DNA of 38,860 bases, taken from positions 124,001-162,860 of the forward strand of contig JAUGWO010000063.1 in the NCBI GenBank assembly GCA_049724395.1, in the 5' to 3' direction. Positions within the stretch are counted from its first letter, which is position 1. Each line of letters begins with the position of its first letter. Source of the DNA: Spongospora subterranea f. sp. subterranea (taxonomy: Eukaryota). The position numbers and the translations under genes are program-made. The notes beneath the pieces were generated by a model. That model was not told the origin of the DNA. It made no database searches and saw nothing but the letters and a program-made list of their open reading frames with translations. Positions 1-12,327 of the stretch are shown piece after piece.

Positions 1-53
1 ATTAATATGTACAAACAATATCACATTCAGATAAAAATATGGGATGACAAATG

Positions 54-2696
54 CTATGAATCCGAAGATCGCCGTCGCCTTCGTTGAGAGGCCGCTTCCC
101 TCTCTGCACGGCGACGCTCAATACGGGCGACTAGCGATTTATTTGCCATGAACTGTTCGCGCAAAGAGCCAGATGAACTCGAAGGCTGAGTGACTGTCAT
201 TTCACTGGAATCATCATCAACTTCCTGAGGAAGTAGTAGCGCATCAGCCATTGTCATTGCTTGAAGACTTACATCATCATGTTTCTCGTCTTCAGAAAGA
301 TTGCCTGATACCGGCTCCCTGAGTTGATCGGAAGATTTCATTCGATCAAGTTCGGCGCGTGATGTATGCAGAAAAGCCAACGTATCGTCCAATGTCTGCT
401 TAAACTGCGATGATAATTCATCAGTATCGACTCCCAAAAGTGCTGACAGCTGGTTGGCCGATAAATCATCGCCCGACTCCTGGTTCAATTGGAAATCGAC
501 GACGGAACCTTCTGAGCGCATTGCCAGCAGCTGCGGTGTCGTCGGAATATTGCTGCGCAGCAGATCTTCGGCACGGCGATCAAGTTCATTCAAATCTTCG
601 GCGGAAAAATCCAAATTCGCTAATGCAAGAGCACGGGCTGCATCTTGGTTGTTAAGTTCCTCAAAATCAACCGATTGAGGTTCATGGGATTGGTGATGCG
701 ATGAAAGCGAAACAGAATCTTCAAGTGAGGCTGTGGAAGACGAATGAGAAAGCTCGCGAGCGATTAAATCTTCATCCTTCACCCCTGATTCCGGCGTAGA
801 CGGTGAACTCAGATGAACGTGCGTAGCTTCTGGTGTATCCATTGGAAGTCGATCTGGAGTAGTCACTGGTGGCGCTAAATGCGAGAGCGATGCAGTGGAT
901 AAGGGGGTGAAATGTTCGGACACTTCTTTGGAAGATGGAGCGACTTGTGGCTCCAAACGGCCTGAAGTGGGCGGTGAATACGCCTCAGAAGCGGAGGCGA
1001 CAACTTGATCTTTAAGTAAATGCGGAGAAGAAGCAACAGGCATGTCAAAGCGAACAGGAGAAGAAGCAACAGGAATGTCAAAGCGAACAGATGGTAGTTT
1101 TGGGGGCGGTGCCGTTTCATGACGAATACGGTCCAGACTCTGTGAGACTACCTCAATCTCCGCTGTTTCATCAACAACGGCGTCATCCTGAAGGATGCTT
1201 TGAACGAAGCAAGTTGGAATAATGGCTGCGTTGTTATCAAAGGGCAACGATAATCGATCTGTAAGGTCGTCCGGAGATAATGATAGCTTGACAACAGAGC
1301 GGATTCTGGGTCTGGCTCGACTGCGTCGCATACGAGCATCAGCCTCAGAACGAACCAAACGGACCTCTTCCTCTCGATTGAAATCTTTGAGGGCAGGGAA
1401 AGCGGCCTCAAACTCATTCTAATTTCATCAGTGTTAGTAAAGCTTCTGCAAAAGTATAGTTATGACAGAGACCTTGAGCCGATCACGAAGATACTTTTTC
1501 TTATCGGCCAACCCACGAACTGAAGCTAGACGAAGCTTTTGGGTTCGATCATCAACGACTGCTTGGCGTAATGGGCCGCGCATTGCGCGCGATATACGAA
1601 CCGCTTCCACTTGTTTTTCAGCAATTAGCCCTCGGGACATCGATTTTCGTTGGCGCTGTTGCTTCATCATCTGCAAATGAATTGCTAAGTCATCCAGAGT
1701 AACTGGTTACTAAAAGTAAGGACCTGTTCCTCCTCAAGTCGAGAAGCTCGTCGCTGCTCCTCTATTCTCGCCAAGTCAATTGCGTTCTGTTGAGTCGCTC
1801 CGGCGTGAACCCTTGTTACTCTGTAATCCACAGGTGCAACAGCCCTAGGGGATCAAACGATGTCATAAACAGTCAACGCAAGAAAACTATGTGAAAATAC
1901 AATAGCACGTGAGAAAAATGGGCAGTTAAGAAAAAATTGAGATTAAGGAAGAAAAGAAATGAAACATACGCTGAACGATGCAAAGAATCAAATGGATGGC
2001 ATAACGGCATCGATGCACTTTTTTGACGTGCGCGTTCATTTATGGCCGATATTCTTTCCAATAAATCCTTAGCTCTTATGAACGAGTCATGACGGTTTTC
2101 TACCTATGATTTGTTCAAAAACAAATCTTAACGATTGCGCTTAATCCACGACTTACAGGAGCAGCTTTCAATATTTTTTGCTCATAGCGGAAAGCTTTGA
2201 TCAAATCCATTGCCACTTCAAACCGCATGTTACTCATTAAAATATGAGCCTTGAAAGCCTCATTCTCCCTTAGCATTGACTATAACGCATTGTGCGTTAG
2301 TTACTTTGGAGCTGATCACGAAATTTACCTCGGTCATATCCACGTTGAACGTTCGGGCGTTTTCATGTGCGACGCCCATTTGCGTTAAGCATAAACGCAA
2401 TTGATCTTCCAACATTGTAATATCATTCAAAGTCACACGTGCCATTTCTGCATGAGCTTGGCGTTCCATCACTGCGCGTTCTTCGTGAACGCCTCGTTGG
2501 AATGCCGCGGATCGTTCATGCTGGAACTTTGCCGATGCGGAGCGCACCGCTGTAGGCGGTGTCAGCGACCACGTGGCCCTATAGCAAACCGCACCAACCC
2601 ACCCTTCAAGCGCCTTAGTCTCGCTTCCTTCTGCAACCGTTCATGATCCGCAATGATCTCATTTGGGCTCCTGTTAATCACACCACCAGAGATCAT
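54..2696 (-). CDS. Multi-exon centriolar coiled-coil protein, CEP295/Ana1/DDC8-like N-terminus, long low-complexity last exon
   Basis: ATG at 2696. Spliced N-terminus MISGGVINRSPNEIIADHERLQKEARLRRLK|AVRSAS (GT-AG intron 2602-2550), then LEDQLRLCLTQMGVAHENA and ERARQKSASMP. These resemble the CEP295 pattern SPNE..RRKLRLLQVR..L..MG.GH..A. Further short GT-AG introns follow, then the terminal ORF 54-1358. Confidence 0.6.
1024..1089. repeat. 33-bp tandem duplication within coding exon (VRFDIPVASSP/VRFDMPVASSP)
   Basis: Two adjacent copies of ggagaagaagcaacagg(c/a)atgtcaaagcgaaca with one mismatch, in frame. Confidence 0.9.
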
Positions 2697-3951
2697 GAAT
2701 TCACTGTTGTATTATTCTACAACACTGTCTTTTCTGTTTCGAAATGGGCTGCGCCCCCGAGTCAGTGACTCTCGTACAGGACACTGCAACTCGACAAACT
2801 TGAACTTCGAAACACATTTTCTAATCGTTAATCGCATGTTTTGAGGGGCTGGTCTAGAATCCGGCAGTTCGGCCTGATTGATTTCGCATTCGTTTTTAGG
2901 GCATAAATATTGTTCGCCTTTTTTTGTTAAAACACGCATTGTTCATTGCGTTGCAGTTTCGCCTGGTATTGCCTCATCGATCACTCCTTATTATTATGAC
3001 TCTACTATCACAAGGACTTTGAAGCAATAGCTTTGAAGCAATAGCAATGAATGTAGCTTCAGAGTCCTTGTGATAGTAGAGTCGTAATAAGGAGTAAATT
3101 GAACTCTCAAATTCTGCGCTTTCGACCAATGCTTTGTGTAAAGTCTCCTCTGTCGATTCATGCTTGAAAATATGATTCAGCGAACTTTCAAGTTTGCCCA
3201 TTCGCATTCAAAACAAGGCATTTTAGACACCGATAATTAGGCTGAGGAAGCTAGGAGGAGAGTGGGCAGCCCGAGTTATTGCACAAACCTATTATATGCT
3301 CCAAAGTCAGAGCGGCTATAATCGTGTGATGGGATCAAAAACTTGATGCAATACAGGCTGAACACAGCTCAACAATAAACAACGGCTCATAAAGTGTTGA
3401 ATCGCCAGCAAACATGATAGACTCGAGGAGATGTTCTGACACTTCTTCTCAAAATCTTCCCCTGAGCAATTTGTCGAGTTGTACCGTATAAATACATTAA
3501 CGAGTAACTTCCCAACGAGATGGCGATTGTCGCGTGTCGTCTCAGTTGACTAATGCAGAGGCAACTTTTTCTTGAGTGGTGCTGTTCGCGGTTTGTTTCC
3601 ATCCACCGTTAGGTCACGCTCTGGCCCATTTACAACGTTTTCAACTGCGATGTCGCGTGCCCTGGTTTGTTAGAATTTAACTGGTAGGTAGATCACTGGT
3701 GGTCTCGTCAATGTATTGCCATTCTTGAAACTCAATCACAAACAAAACAACACACATTCAAACGCGTCTTTCTCAAGGTCCTTTATCGCTTTATATGGTC
3801 TCAAACTATAATCTGGTCTTTATTCATCTATTATTAGGTTCTTGCAGATTTCCTTTCAATCTCGCGTCGATACCCCTTTTCCTAGGTAATACACTGTTCT
3901 GGGATGCTTTTATTTATCTGATCTTCTTTGCAAAGGACCCTTACTCCCATC

Positions 3952-4679
3952 ATGATGCAGACTCGTTCAGCTATCTCCGGTGCCCTTCCAACTCGCGCTT
4001 TCCAGGCCCCAAGCAGCCCTAAACGCAAGGCTCAGAACACACAAAGTCCATCTAACAAACGTCGTCAATCTGCCCAACCACAGTCCAAGGTATGGGACAC
4101 CATTGGTTGGGTTTCGCTAACGGTTCCTGTTAAATGCTGATTTTGTTGAAAAAAGTCTTTCTCTGCCACTTCCGCCTTTTTCAACGACCAACGACGTTTT
4201 GTCCTAAATATCAACATAGTTGGAATCTGGCGAACTTCGTCGTCGTCAAGAAGCACTCGGTGCATTGTGGGCCGCTGAAATTGACCGCAAAATCCGCGCC
4301 AATCAAGAGCTCAAAGGCGCTGCTTGGGCTAAAGAAATAAACCTGAAAATTCGCGCTCAACAAGAGTTTGTCGGGGCCGCTCGCGCCAGAGAAATCGAAC
4401 AGAAAATTCGCGCTCGGCAGGAGGTGAAAGGAGCAGCCTGGGCCCGGGAGATCGAGCAAAAATTGAACAATCAACAGAATCTGAGATTCCAACAGTCAGA
4501 TCAAGCTCAGGTAAATGTATTAGCGACTTGGAAAATTTGTTTTCATAACTTCTCTGGTTTATAGCGATCTCTCCCTCAGGTGAACCCGGCTCAGCAGTTT
4601 AATCAATTTCAACAATTTGGTCAACGTCAGCAACCAATTCAGCAAGCCCAAAATTTCAACAGTCAACAACAACAGCAGA

Positions 4680-4710
<31 letters not shown>

Positions 4711-4765
4711 ACAGAAGCAACAGCAGCAACAGCAGCAACAGAAGCAACAACAACAGCGCCATTAA
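3952..4765 (+). CDS. Three-exon hypothetical protein with four 19-aa repeats and C-terminal polyglutamine
   Basis: ATG 3952; phase-0 introns 4090-4219 (GTATGG..TAG) and 4511-4564 or 4511-4579 (GTAAAT..AG) join ORFs 3928-4140, 4220-4564 and 4580-4765 in frame; TAA at 4763-4765. Confidence 0.7.
4664..4756 (+). repeat. CAA/CAG trinucleotide repeat (polyQ with K interruptions)
   Basis: Directly visible (caa/cag)n run. Confidence 0.95.
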
Positions 4766-5639
4766 GCTGATGACACCTCTTTCCCCTGTCGATGTAAATT
4801 TATATACAGCACCCAATCATTTCCGGCAGATCCAGCTCAATATGATAGAAACGGGTGAACTGACGCCGATCAACAAAACATGAGTGATAGCTGTTGGTGT
4901 ATTTGCGAGCAATCTGTGGAAAAACCACAGTCAACGCTGAAGACAATGGACCATGGGGCGCTAATCAGTCATTTCATTCACGACTAGCACTTGCGTTGAT
5001 CTCGGATCCTAGCGGTTAATGGGACTGACATGTTGAAGATGATGATGAAACGCGCCATCGCCCATCAATTATCATCAGCGGTAGCTTGTCGGATGTAAAC
5101 TCTCTGCCTTGTGAGAATGGATGAGATCCCATTTGCAAGGCGGAAAAATGCTCACGAATGAGGACTTCCGATAACGTTGACACCGAAGTGAGAGCTTCAT
5201 GGCTGTTAACAACTGTCTCGATTCGCAAAAGCGGCGGCGGTTCTTAACATCATCGTCTGCGATGCAGTGCACCTATTTTTTGTTCCATCTGTCGACCTCT
5301 CTTTTCTCATCCATTTCTGCAATTTTCTCCACCAATATGGTTATGTTCTCGCCACGCGACGAAGCGCATTCGCGAATCGCCGTTATTGCTTCATCATAGT
5401 GGTACTGTAGCAAGATTTTTAGCCGGGACAGGCGTGAAGCGGCTTCTACAGGAGGAATTTGAATCTTTTCTAATTCATATTTAAGCAGCTTTCACATTCA
5501 AAGGTTTCTTCGCTTAGCTGAAAGGTCTCCAAGTGAAGTTTCAATCAGGATATTCTAAGAAACAAATAGCTTTGGCGAATCCTTATATGGGCAAGGGTAA
5601 TAGAACTCGGCGCTATTTGCGGGCAACGGCATATAAATA

Positions 5640-8600
5640 TGATTGAATAAATACCAAATTGTTTATCAGACAAATCAAGGGGAGAAATCGCCAGATGATA
5701 CATGAATGTTTGTTGGTGTGCAGCATTCAAAGCATCGCTTAGCAACTTAGTAAACAAAGCGATAGACAGGGAGAATTTCGGCTTCTCTGTAGCGTCTGAG
5801 ATTAATGTAATTTTTTTTCGATCGCCACCACAGCAAGCCATTTTCGTCATTGTGAATGAACTCCCTGTTGGTGGCATTCGACAGAATACCGTAAACACTT
5901 CTCGATGTTTTGTTGGCATCCACACGCGACTTGTATAGGGTTGCTGTATCGGCAACGCATAGCCAGAAATCAGTTTCTGAGTGACATCGTTCCCGAATAA
6001 GATAGCAGGAAATCTTTCATTATTTCCGGAATATCCATTTTTATAGTTTCAAATAAATCCCATGTTATAATCTGTATTTTCAAAACCTCGCCAACGAACC
6101 CAAAGCTCGTAATGGCCCGTGTCGGCGTTGAGACGAAGATCGTCGATCGATTCGGGAATGAACAAAATTCCTTTTTTAACGATGTTGTCATTCAATGCAG
6201 ATATCATATTCAGCGATTTATCGTCGTATAATTTCAAACGTTGGGCATGGACGTCGGCGGTTTGTCCTGTGATTAACTTTTTCACGGTGAAAACCATATT
6301 GTAAGGCAACATGTCCACGATCTGAGCGGGACCACACCGATTGCATTCAGTTTTTAAAGGTTTACGAATGATATTTGAGGCAACCAAAACGTAATCAAAT
6401 AGAGAGAAAGTACATGACTGGGATGGCCACAGTGCATGACAAGACAACATGACTGGGCTAATCGGCTGAAAATGCATGGCTACAGAGTGCATGCCAGCAG
6501 CCAGCATGACTGGGGCTACTCGGCTGATCAGTGGCCGGGCGGCCATTTGATGCTGCAACTCTGTGTCATGGTGTTTTCGTTCCGCTTCCGATGTCGGCGT
6601 CGGTAGTCCTTGGACCAGCAGGTTGGCGAAGTGAAGGAGGCGCTCAAGGCCAAGCTCATGGCGGCCAAGGCCAAGCTCAACGAGGCCGAAGAGACGAAAA
6701 ACGTTGCATTAATTACTGCTTCCTCATACGTTTACGCTTCCATCTTGAACAGTTTGAACACTCTTCTGGATCTGGTCAAACACGATTTCCAGACAAAACC
6801 TGTATCCAAGTCTTTCTCTGATGCCGGTGAAGATTAGATCGTATCGGTAACTGCTATCAATTTGAAATATCAAGAATGGGTACAGAGTTCGAAACCCAGC
6901 AAAACTGGTTTTTTCACCAGAAACCTACTCCTCGACCCAAAAAGGGGAAACAAGGCAGACAGCGTTTGAGAAGGTCTTGAAAATATTTCATATGGCGAAC
7001 GAAGCGGGACGCCGTATTTTTTAAAATCTTTTTTTGAGCGATGTTGTCATCAAGTTCGACCGTGTGCTGCGAATTTCCCAGAGCTCGATATTGCCGTTGA
7101 AAATGGCGCCAAGAAACGCAAACTTTGTGGAAAAACAGACTATACAGTAGGCTTCGGCAAAGACAAGGATCATAAGGCCACACCCCCGTGAACTGCATCT
7201 TGTTTTTCTGGAAGCGAAAACTATAAATTCTACATGGGAACCATTTGAAACTATCAAAATGGACATTCCTGAAATTTTTGCTATCTCATTCGGGAACAAT
7301 GGCACTCAGAAACTGATTTCTGGCAATGCGTTGCCGAGACAGCAACTCTATACAAGTCGCCTGTGGATGCCAACAAAACTTCAAGAAGTGTTTGGGGTGT
7401 TTTCTCGAATGCCACCAACTGGGAGTTCATTCACATTGACGAAAATGGCTTGCCCTTGGCGCTCGAAAAAATTTTACAGTAATCTCAAACACTACCGAAA
7501 AGCCGAAATTCTCCCTGTCTATCGCTTTGTTTACTATGTTGCTAAGTGATGCTTTGAATGCTGCACACCAACAAACATTCATCTATCATCCCCTTGATTG
7601 TCTGATAAACAATTTGATACTTTCAATCATACATATATGCTGTTAGTCCTTGCTGATCTCCAAGTGAAGTTTCAATCAGGATATTATATTGCGGGAAGAT
7701 CATTGTCGCCAATCAAAACTCTTAAAAAGCAAGGACTAACAGCATATATGTATGATTGATTAAATTCCAAATTGTTTATCAGACAAATCAAATGGAGAAA
7801 TCGCCAGATGAGACATTACTGTTTGTTGGTGTGCAGCATTCAAAGCATCGCTTAGCAACATATTAAACAAAGCGATAGTCAGGTAAAATTTCGGCTTCTC
7901 TGTAGCGTCTGAGGTTAATGTAAAATTGTTTTGAGCGCCATAGCCAGCCGTTTTCGTCAATGTGGATGAAATCCCAGGCGGTGGCATTCGACAGAATACT
8001 CCAAACATTTGTCGTTGTTTTGTTGGCATCCACTCGCGACTTGTATAGAGATGCTGTATTGGCAACGCATTGAAAGAAATCAGTTTTTGAAATTGAAGTC
8101 TTCGCTTCCAAAGCAAAAAGATGCAGCTCACAGGGCAGCCAACTGTATAGTCTGTTTTTCCATAAAGTTTGCGTTTCTTGGCGCCATTTTCAACGGCAAT
8201 ATGGAGCTCCGCAGCTCACCGTCGAACATGAAGACAACATCGCTCAAAAATAAGATTTTGAAAAATGCGGCGTCCCGCTTCGTTTGCCATATGAAATATT
8301 TTAGAGACCTCCTCAAACGCTGTCTGAAACCCATTTCTTGGTACGACCGATTCATTGAGTGCACCCAGTTGAAGCGTTTTCCGAAAACGACATGTAGTGT
8401 GTGCCTGCTTTTGTCTGCTGTGCGATCAGCCGTACACACGGTAATAGCTGTTTAAGGTTGTAAACTGAGGTTCTCACAGATCTTCAGGCAATTTCAGGCC
8501 CAACGGCATATATACGAAAGGAAGGCAGTCAACTGTCCATTACATCGTTGGGTTCCGGACAATTTATCTCCAAAGCAGCTGATTGCAAGAAGGTGCTCAA

Positions 8601-9230
8601 CAGACCGGATTCACAATCCACTGTTAAGTACCCGCCAAAGTTCTTGACATAGTATCAAACAGGTTTGCCTGTAACCGCTTTAGCGTGAAAACGGCGTCCG
8701 TTGAGGGGGTACTTAACAGTGGATTGTGAATCCGGTCTGTTCAGTATTTTCTTGCAATCAGCTGCTTTGGAGATAAATTGTCCGGAACCCAACGATGTAA
8801 TGGACATTTGACTGCCTTCCTTTCGTATATATGCCGTGATTCTTGATATTTCGAATTGATACCAGTTACCGATACGATCTAATCTTCACCGGCATCAGAG
8901 AAAGACTTGGATACAGGTTTTGTCTGGACATCGTGTTTGACCAGCTCCAGAAGAGTGTTCACCCTGTTCGAGATGGAAGCGTAAACGTATGAGGCAGCAG
9001 TATTCAATTCAACGTTTTCGCCTCCTCGGCATCGTTCAGCTTGGCCTTGGCCACCTTGAGCCCAACTGCTGTTCCAAGAACTCTAACAAAGCCGACATCG
9101 GAAGTGGAATGAAAAACATTCTCTGACACAGGGTTGCAGCATCTGGTGGCCGCCCGGCCAATGAGCATCCGAATATCCCAGTCATGTTGTCATGCACTGT
9201 GGCCATGCATTTTCAGCCGAGTAGCCCAGT
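5640..9230. repeat. Nested inverted-repeat complex of transposon-derived segments
   Basis: Segment A occurs at ~5640-6070(-), ~7230-7654(+) and ~7728-8090(-). B occurs at ~6957-7220 and ~8098-8325 (inverted). C occurs at ~6430-6877 and ~8839-9230 (inverted). Hairpin D is 8503-8633/8707-8837. Confidence 0.9.
5970..6410 (-). mobile_element. Degenerate Ty3/Gypsy (chromovirus-type) integrase C-terminus with chromodomain
   Basis: GPAQIVDMLPYNMVFTVKKLITGQTADVHAQRLKLY (GPY/F, SH3-like tail) followed by IPESIDDLR..YELWVRWRGFENTD/TW..FETIKMDIP (chromodomain, frameshifted). Confidence 0.7.
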
Positions 9231-9429
9231 CTTTGTTCGAAATTTTTCGAAGCTCTAGGCTGAGGGAACAAGGGTGCTCCTCAAGGCTTGTAATCAGTTC
9301 CGACGGAAAAATATCTGACCCGAGCCCACACCTTTGTCAACCTCTCAATGTAGAAGGCGAATTAGTTGACCTTGAGCCAAGAGTAAGTCTATCAAGGAAA
9401 CGTTGATGGTTTCTTCAAACTAAACTACT

Positions 9430-9900
9430 CTGGTACATGATTTGGCGCTATCTGACAGATCTAAATTTGCGACACAATTCTGGGCAGATATCAGCGAGAA
9501 CTTATTATCGCGTTTCAATAATATCCCTGCTCATGTGATGAACAAACAATCGGTTATCAAACTGGTAAATTTTATTCGATCGGGAGGGCGGTCAGCGGAT
9601 CGTTTGCAAGACGTTGAGGAGAATGATCTTGCTCTCTCCCCTGACCGCATGACGTCGTTTTTTGTTATTCAGCAGTCCTGTCTTGGACGGCGTCAATAAA
9701 GCAGAGTTTCCGCATGGGGACACCCAGATCTGGGCAAATATGAAACGATCAGGGGTAACGCTCTTTCTGGATGGAACATTTCGCTGTTTGCCAGAACTAT
9801 TTGTGCAACTTTTTGTCATAATGGCGTACGACGCTGACAATGATTTATACTACCGGTCATATATATGCCATTGACCGCCAAAACCAGTTTTTTTTTCATG
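9430..9900 (+). mobile_element. Mutator/MULE transposase fragment (pseudogene)
   Basis: LFLDGTFRCLPELFVQLFVIMAYDAD matches the MULE first-Asp motif DGTF..P..F.QL; frameshifted and truncated. Confidence 0.75.
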
Positions 9901-10304
9901 TGCCTTTGAAAGTTGTCAATAATTCTGCAAAATTGCAGAAATCCGATTAGCGGGCCGTGGAATCAGCCAGCTGCATATGTCTGAAACCTTTCGGCCCCGA
10001 TAATAGCGAACACCCCTTTTTGGGTTTTCCATTGATATCCAACATCGTCAAAAACAATGGTATACAGCTCTGCGAGCATCGTTGCTTAACACTGTTAACC
10101 TTTCCCGGTTGGTCTCTTCATCTGCAACTTGTCCGTCAGCAGCAGGAACGTTCATTATGCAGTTCAAGAGTGAATACAGTAATAGAGGAAGATGATGTCT
10201 AACAGGCAAGTGACGTAACCATCCTAACGACATCACTCTCATCATCACTTGAATTGTACTACCTACAAATTTCCAAACCAGTTTCTTCTATAATATGCAT
10301 GTAT

Positions 10305-11599
10305 CAGCGGGTTCGAAAGACCGGGATTATAGTATGAATAAGCCCTTAAGCCCTTGATCCAGCACGCCCCTCGAATGAGTCCCTTAATCCCAAGCTGATG
10401 TCGACACCATAAAAGCTTGTTTACGTTGGTGGGTTTCGTTAAAGACGGCAGCCATCTTCGAGGTCTCGCAGTATCGAACCTCAACTTGCTTGGCCTTGAC
10501 CTGCTCACGAGCGTAGTGATACTTCACATCTATATGCTTAGTTAGGGCATCTGTGCGATTGTTCTTCATGGCGATCCACGTTGTCTTCATTGATCAGAGT
10601 AGGACTTCGAATGGGGTACCCAATCTCCTCAGATAGTTGACGTATCCATTTACACGCACGAGTAGTGTCATATAATGCTGATGTCCCTACTGTTTTCTGT
10701 ACTTTTGACTTCCATGAAATCGGACCTCCGGCAAACAGAAGTACGTAACCGGTTGTTGACCTTCGGTTATCCGGGCAGTTCGCCCAATCACTATCTGATT
10801 CAGCCATATCCGGATATGACTCATCATGCACCGTAACGAATGCCGAACACTTGAGTAGTACTCAGGTAACGAAGTACTCGTTTGACAGCGGTCCAGTGCT
10901 GTTTGCCACGATTTGAGGCGAACCGGCAAAGTGATCCGACTGCGTGGGCAAGATCTGGCCGTGTGTTCATTGCAAGCCAAAGGAGTGATCCGACTAGGTC
11001 CTTGTAGGGAACGTCTTTCATTTCATCGAGTTCTTCATCGGTTTTGGGGCATTTATTTCCTTTGAAAGGTGTAGGTTCGGTTGATGGGGAGTGGCGCTGG
11101 CTTTGGATTCGGCCATGTGGAACCTGGCAAAGGGTTCATGGACAAATGATGCTTGGTCAATGGTAGATCTTGTACCTTCCTCCATCTTGTACCGGTGGTA
11201 TCACCGTCTCGTGTCTTAATTCCGAGCAAGAGGGTCGGATTTCCAATGTCAGTTATTCCGAATCGTTGTGATAGCAGCCTGACGATATTGTCAGACAATT
11301 ACTTACAGTTGTGAGCTAGCAACATGTCTACGTGGATTGCTAGAATCGCGTATTTGGCGCCATAGTTGATCGTGTAGACACATTGGTCGGCCTTTGTTTG
11401 GACAAATTTCAACCTAGTGGTTAGGAAATTATGGAGTTGTGTGTTTTAAACCCTACCGGCTTGCTCAAGACCATAAACCGTATTCACCAGCTTGACTGTG
11501 AGGTTGTCTGTTCCTGGTTGGATAAAATCTTCGGTTTGCTTCATATACACAGCTTTCTAAAACACCATTGAAAAAAGCACCAACGATGTCAACTTGGCG
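10305..11599 (-). mobile_element. Degenerate Ty1/Copia RT-RNase H 3' portion with PPT and start of 3' LTR
   Basis: PYKDLVGSLLWLAMNTRPDLAHAV, DSDWANCPDNRRSTTGYV..GPISWKSK and TKHIDVKYHY; purine tract GAGGGGCG (10372-10365) followed by TG at 10364. Confidence 0.9.
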
Positions 11600-11625
11600 G
11601 AGGTGAAGATTATGCTGGGCGGCAT

Positions 11626-12280
11626 CGCCAAGTTGACATCGTTGGCGCTTTTCTCAATGGTGTTTTAGAAAGCTGTACATGAAGCAACCCGGAGAATTTA
11701 TCCAACCAGAAACAGACAACCTCGTACTCAAGCTGGTGAAGGCCATTTATGGTCTTAAGCAAGCCGGTAGGGTTTGGCACACACAACTCCATAATTTGCT
11801 AACCACGAGGTTGAAATTTGTCCAAACAAAGGCCGACCCATGTGTCTACACGATCAAATGATGGCGCCAAATACGCGTTTCTAGCAATCCACGTAGACAT
11901 GTTGCTAGCTCACAACTGTAAGGAATTGTCTGACAATATCGTCAGGCTGCTATCACAACGATTTGAAATAACTGACATCGGAAATTCGACCCTCTTGCTC
12001 GGAATGAGAGTGACACGAGACGGTGATACAGGCCCAATTACCATTGACCAAGCATCATTTGTCCATGAAACCCTTGCCAGGTTCCACATGACCGAATGGA
12101 TTTTATCCAACCAGGAACAGACATCCTCGTACTCAAGCTGGTGAAGGCGATTTATGGTCTTAAGCAAGCCGGTAGGGTTTGGAACACACAACTCCAAAAT
12201 TTCCTAACCACGAGGTTGAAATTTGTCCAAACAAAGGCCGACCCATGTGTCTACACGATTAATGATCGCGCCAAATACGT
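11626..12280 (+). mobile_element. Inverted and partly tandem-duplicated Copia RT fragments
   Basis: MKQPGEFI..LKLVKAIYGLKQAGRVW occurs twice (11679-11861, 12096-12280); 11626-12096 is the reverse complement of ~11107-11599. Confidence 0.9.
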
Positions 12281-12283
12281 AAC

Positions 12284-12327
12284 GAGAAAGACCGGAATTA
12301 TAGTATGGATGAGCCCTTAATTCAACA
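12284..12327 (-). repeat. Copia LTR 5'-end remnant
   Basis: gaaagaccggaattatagtatggatgagcccttaa matches 10315-10349; reads TGTTG.. from 12327 on the minus strand. Confidence 0.6.

Noticed and set aside
2712..3602. Short minus-strand ORFs upstream of the CEP295-like gene
   Set aside because: No recognisable motifs or convincing splice path; cannot be called.
4559..4883. Poly-Leu ORF (-) and Ser/Asn-rich ORF (+)
   Set aside because: Alternative frames of the CAA/CAG repeat in the polyQ exon.
7655..8706. Two fold-back loops both measure 73 nt
   Set aside because: The loop sequences are unrelated and the Copia loop is 26 nt; treated as coincidence.
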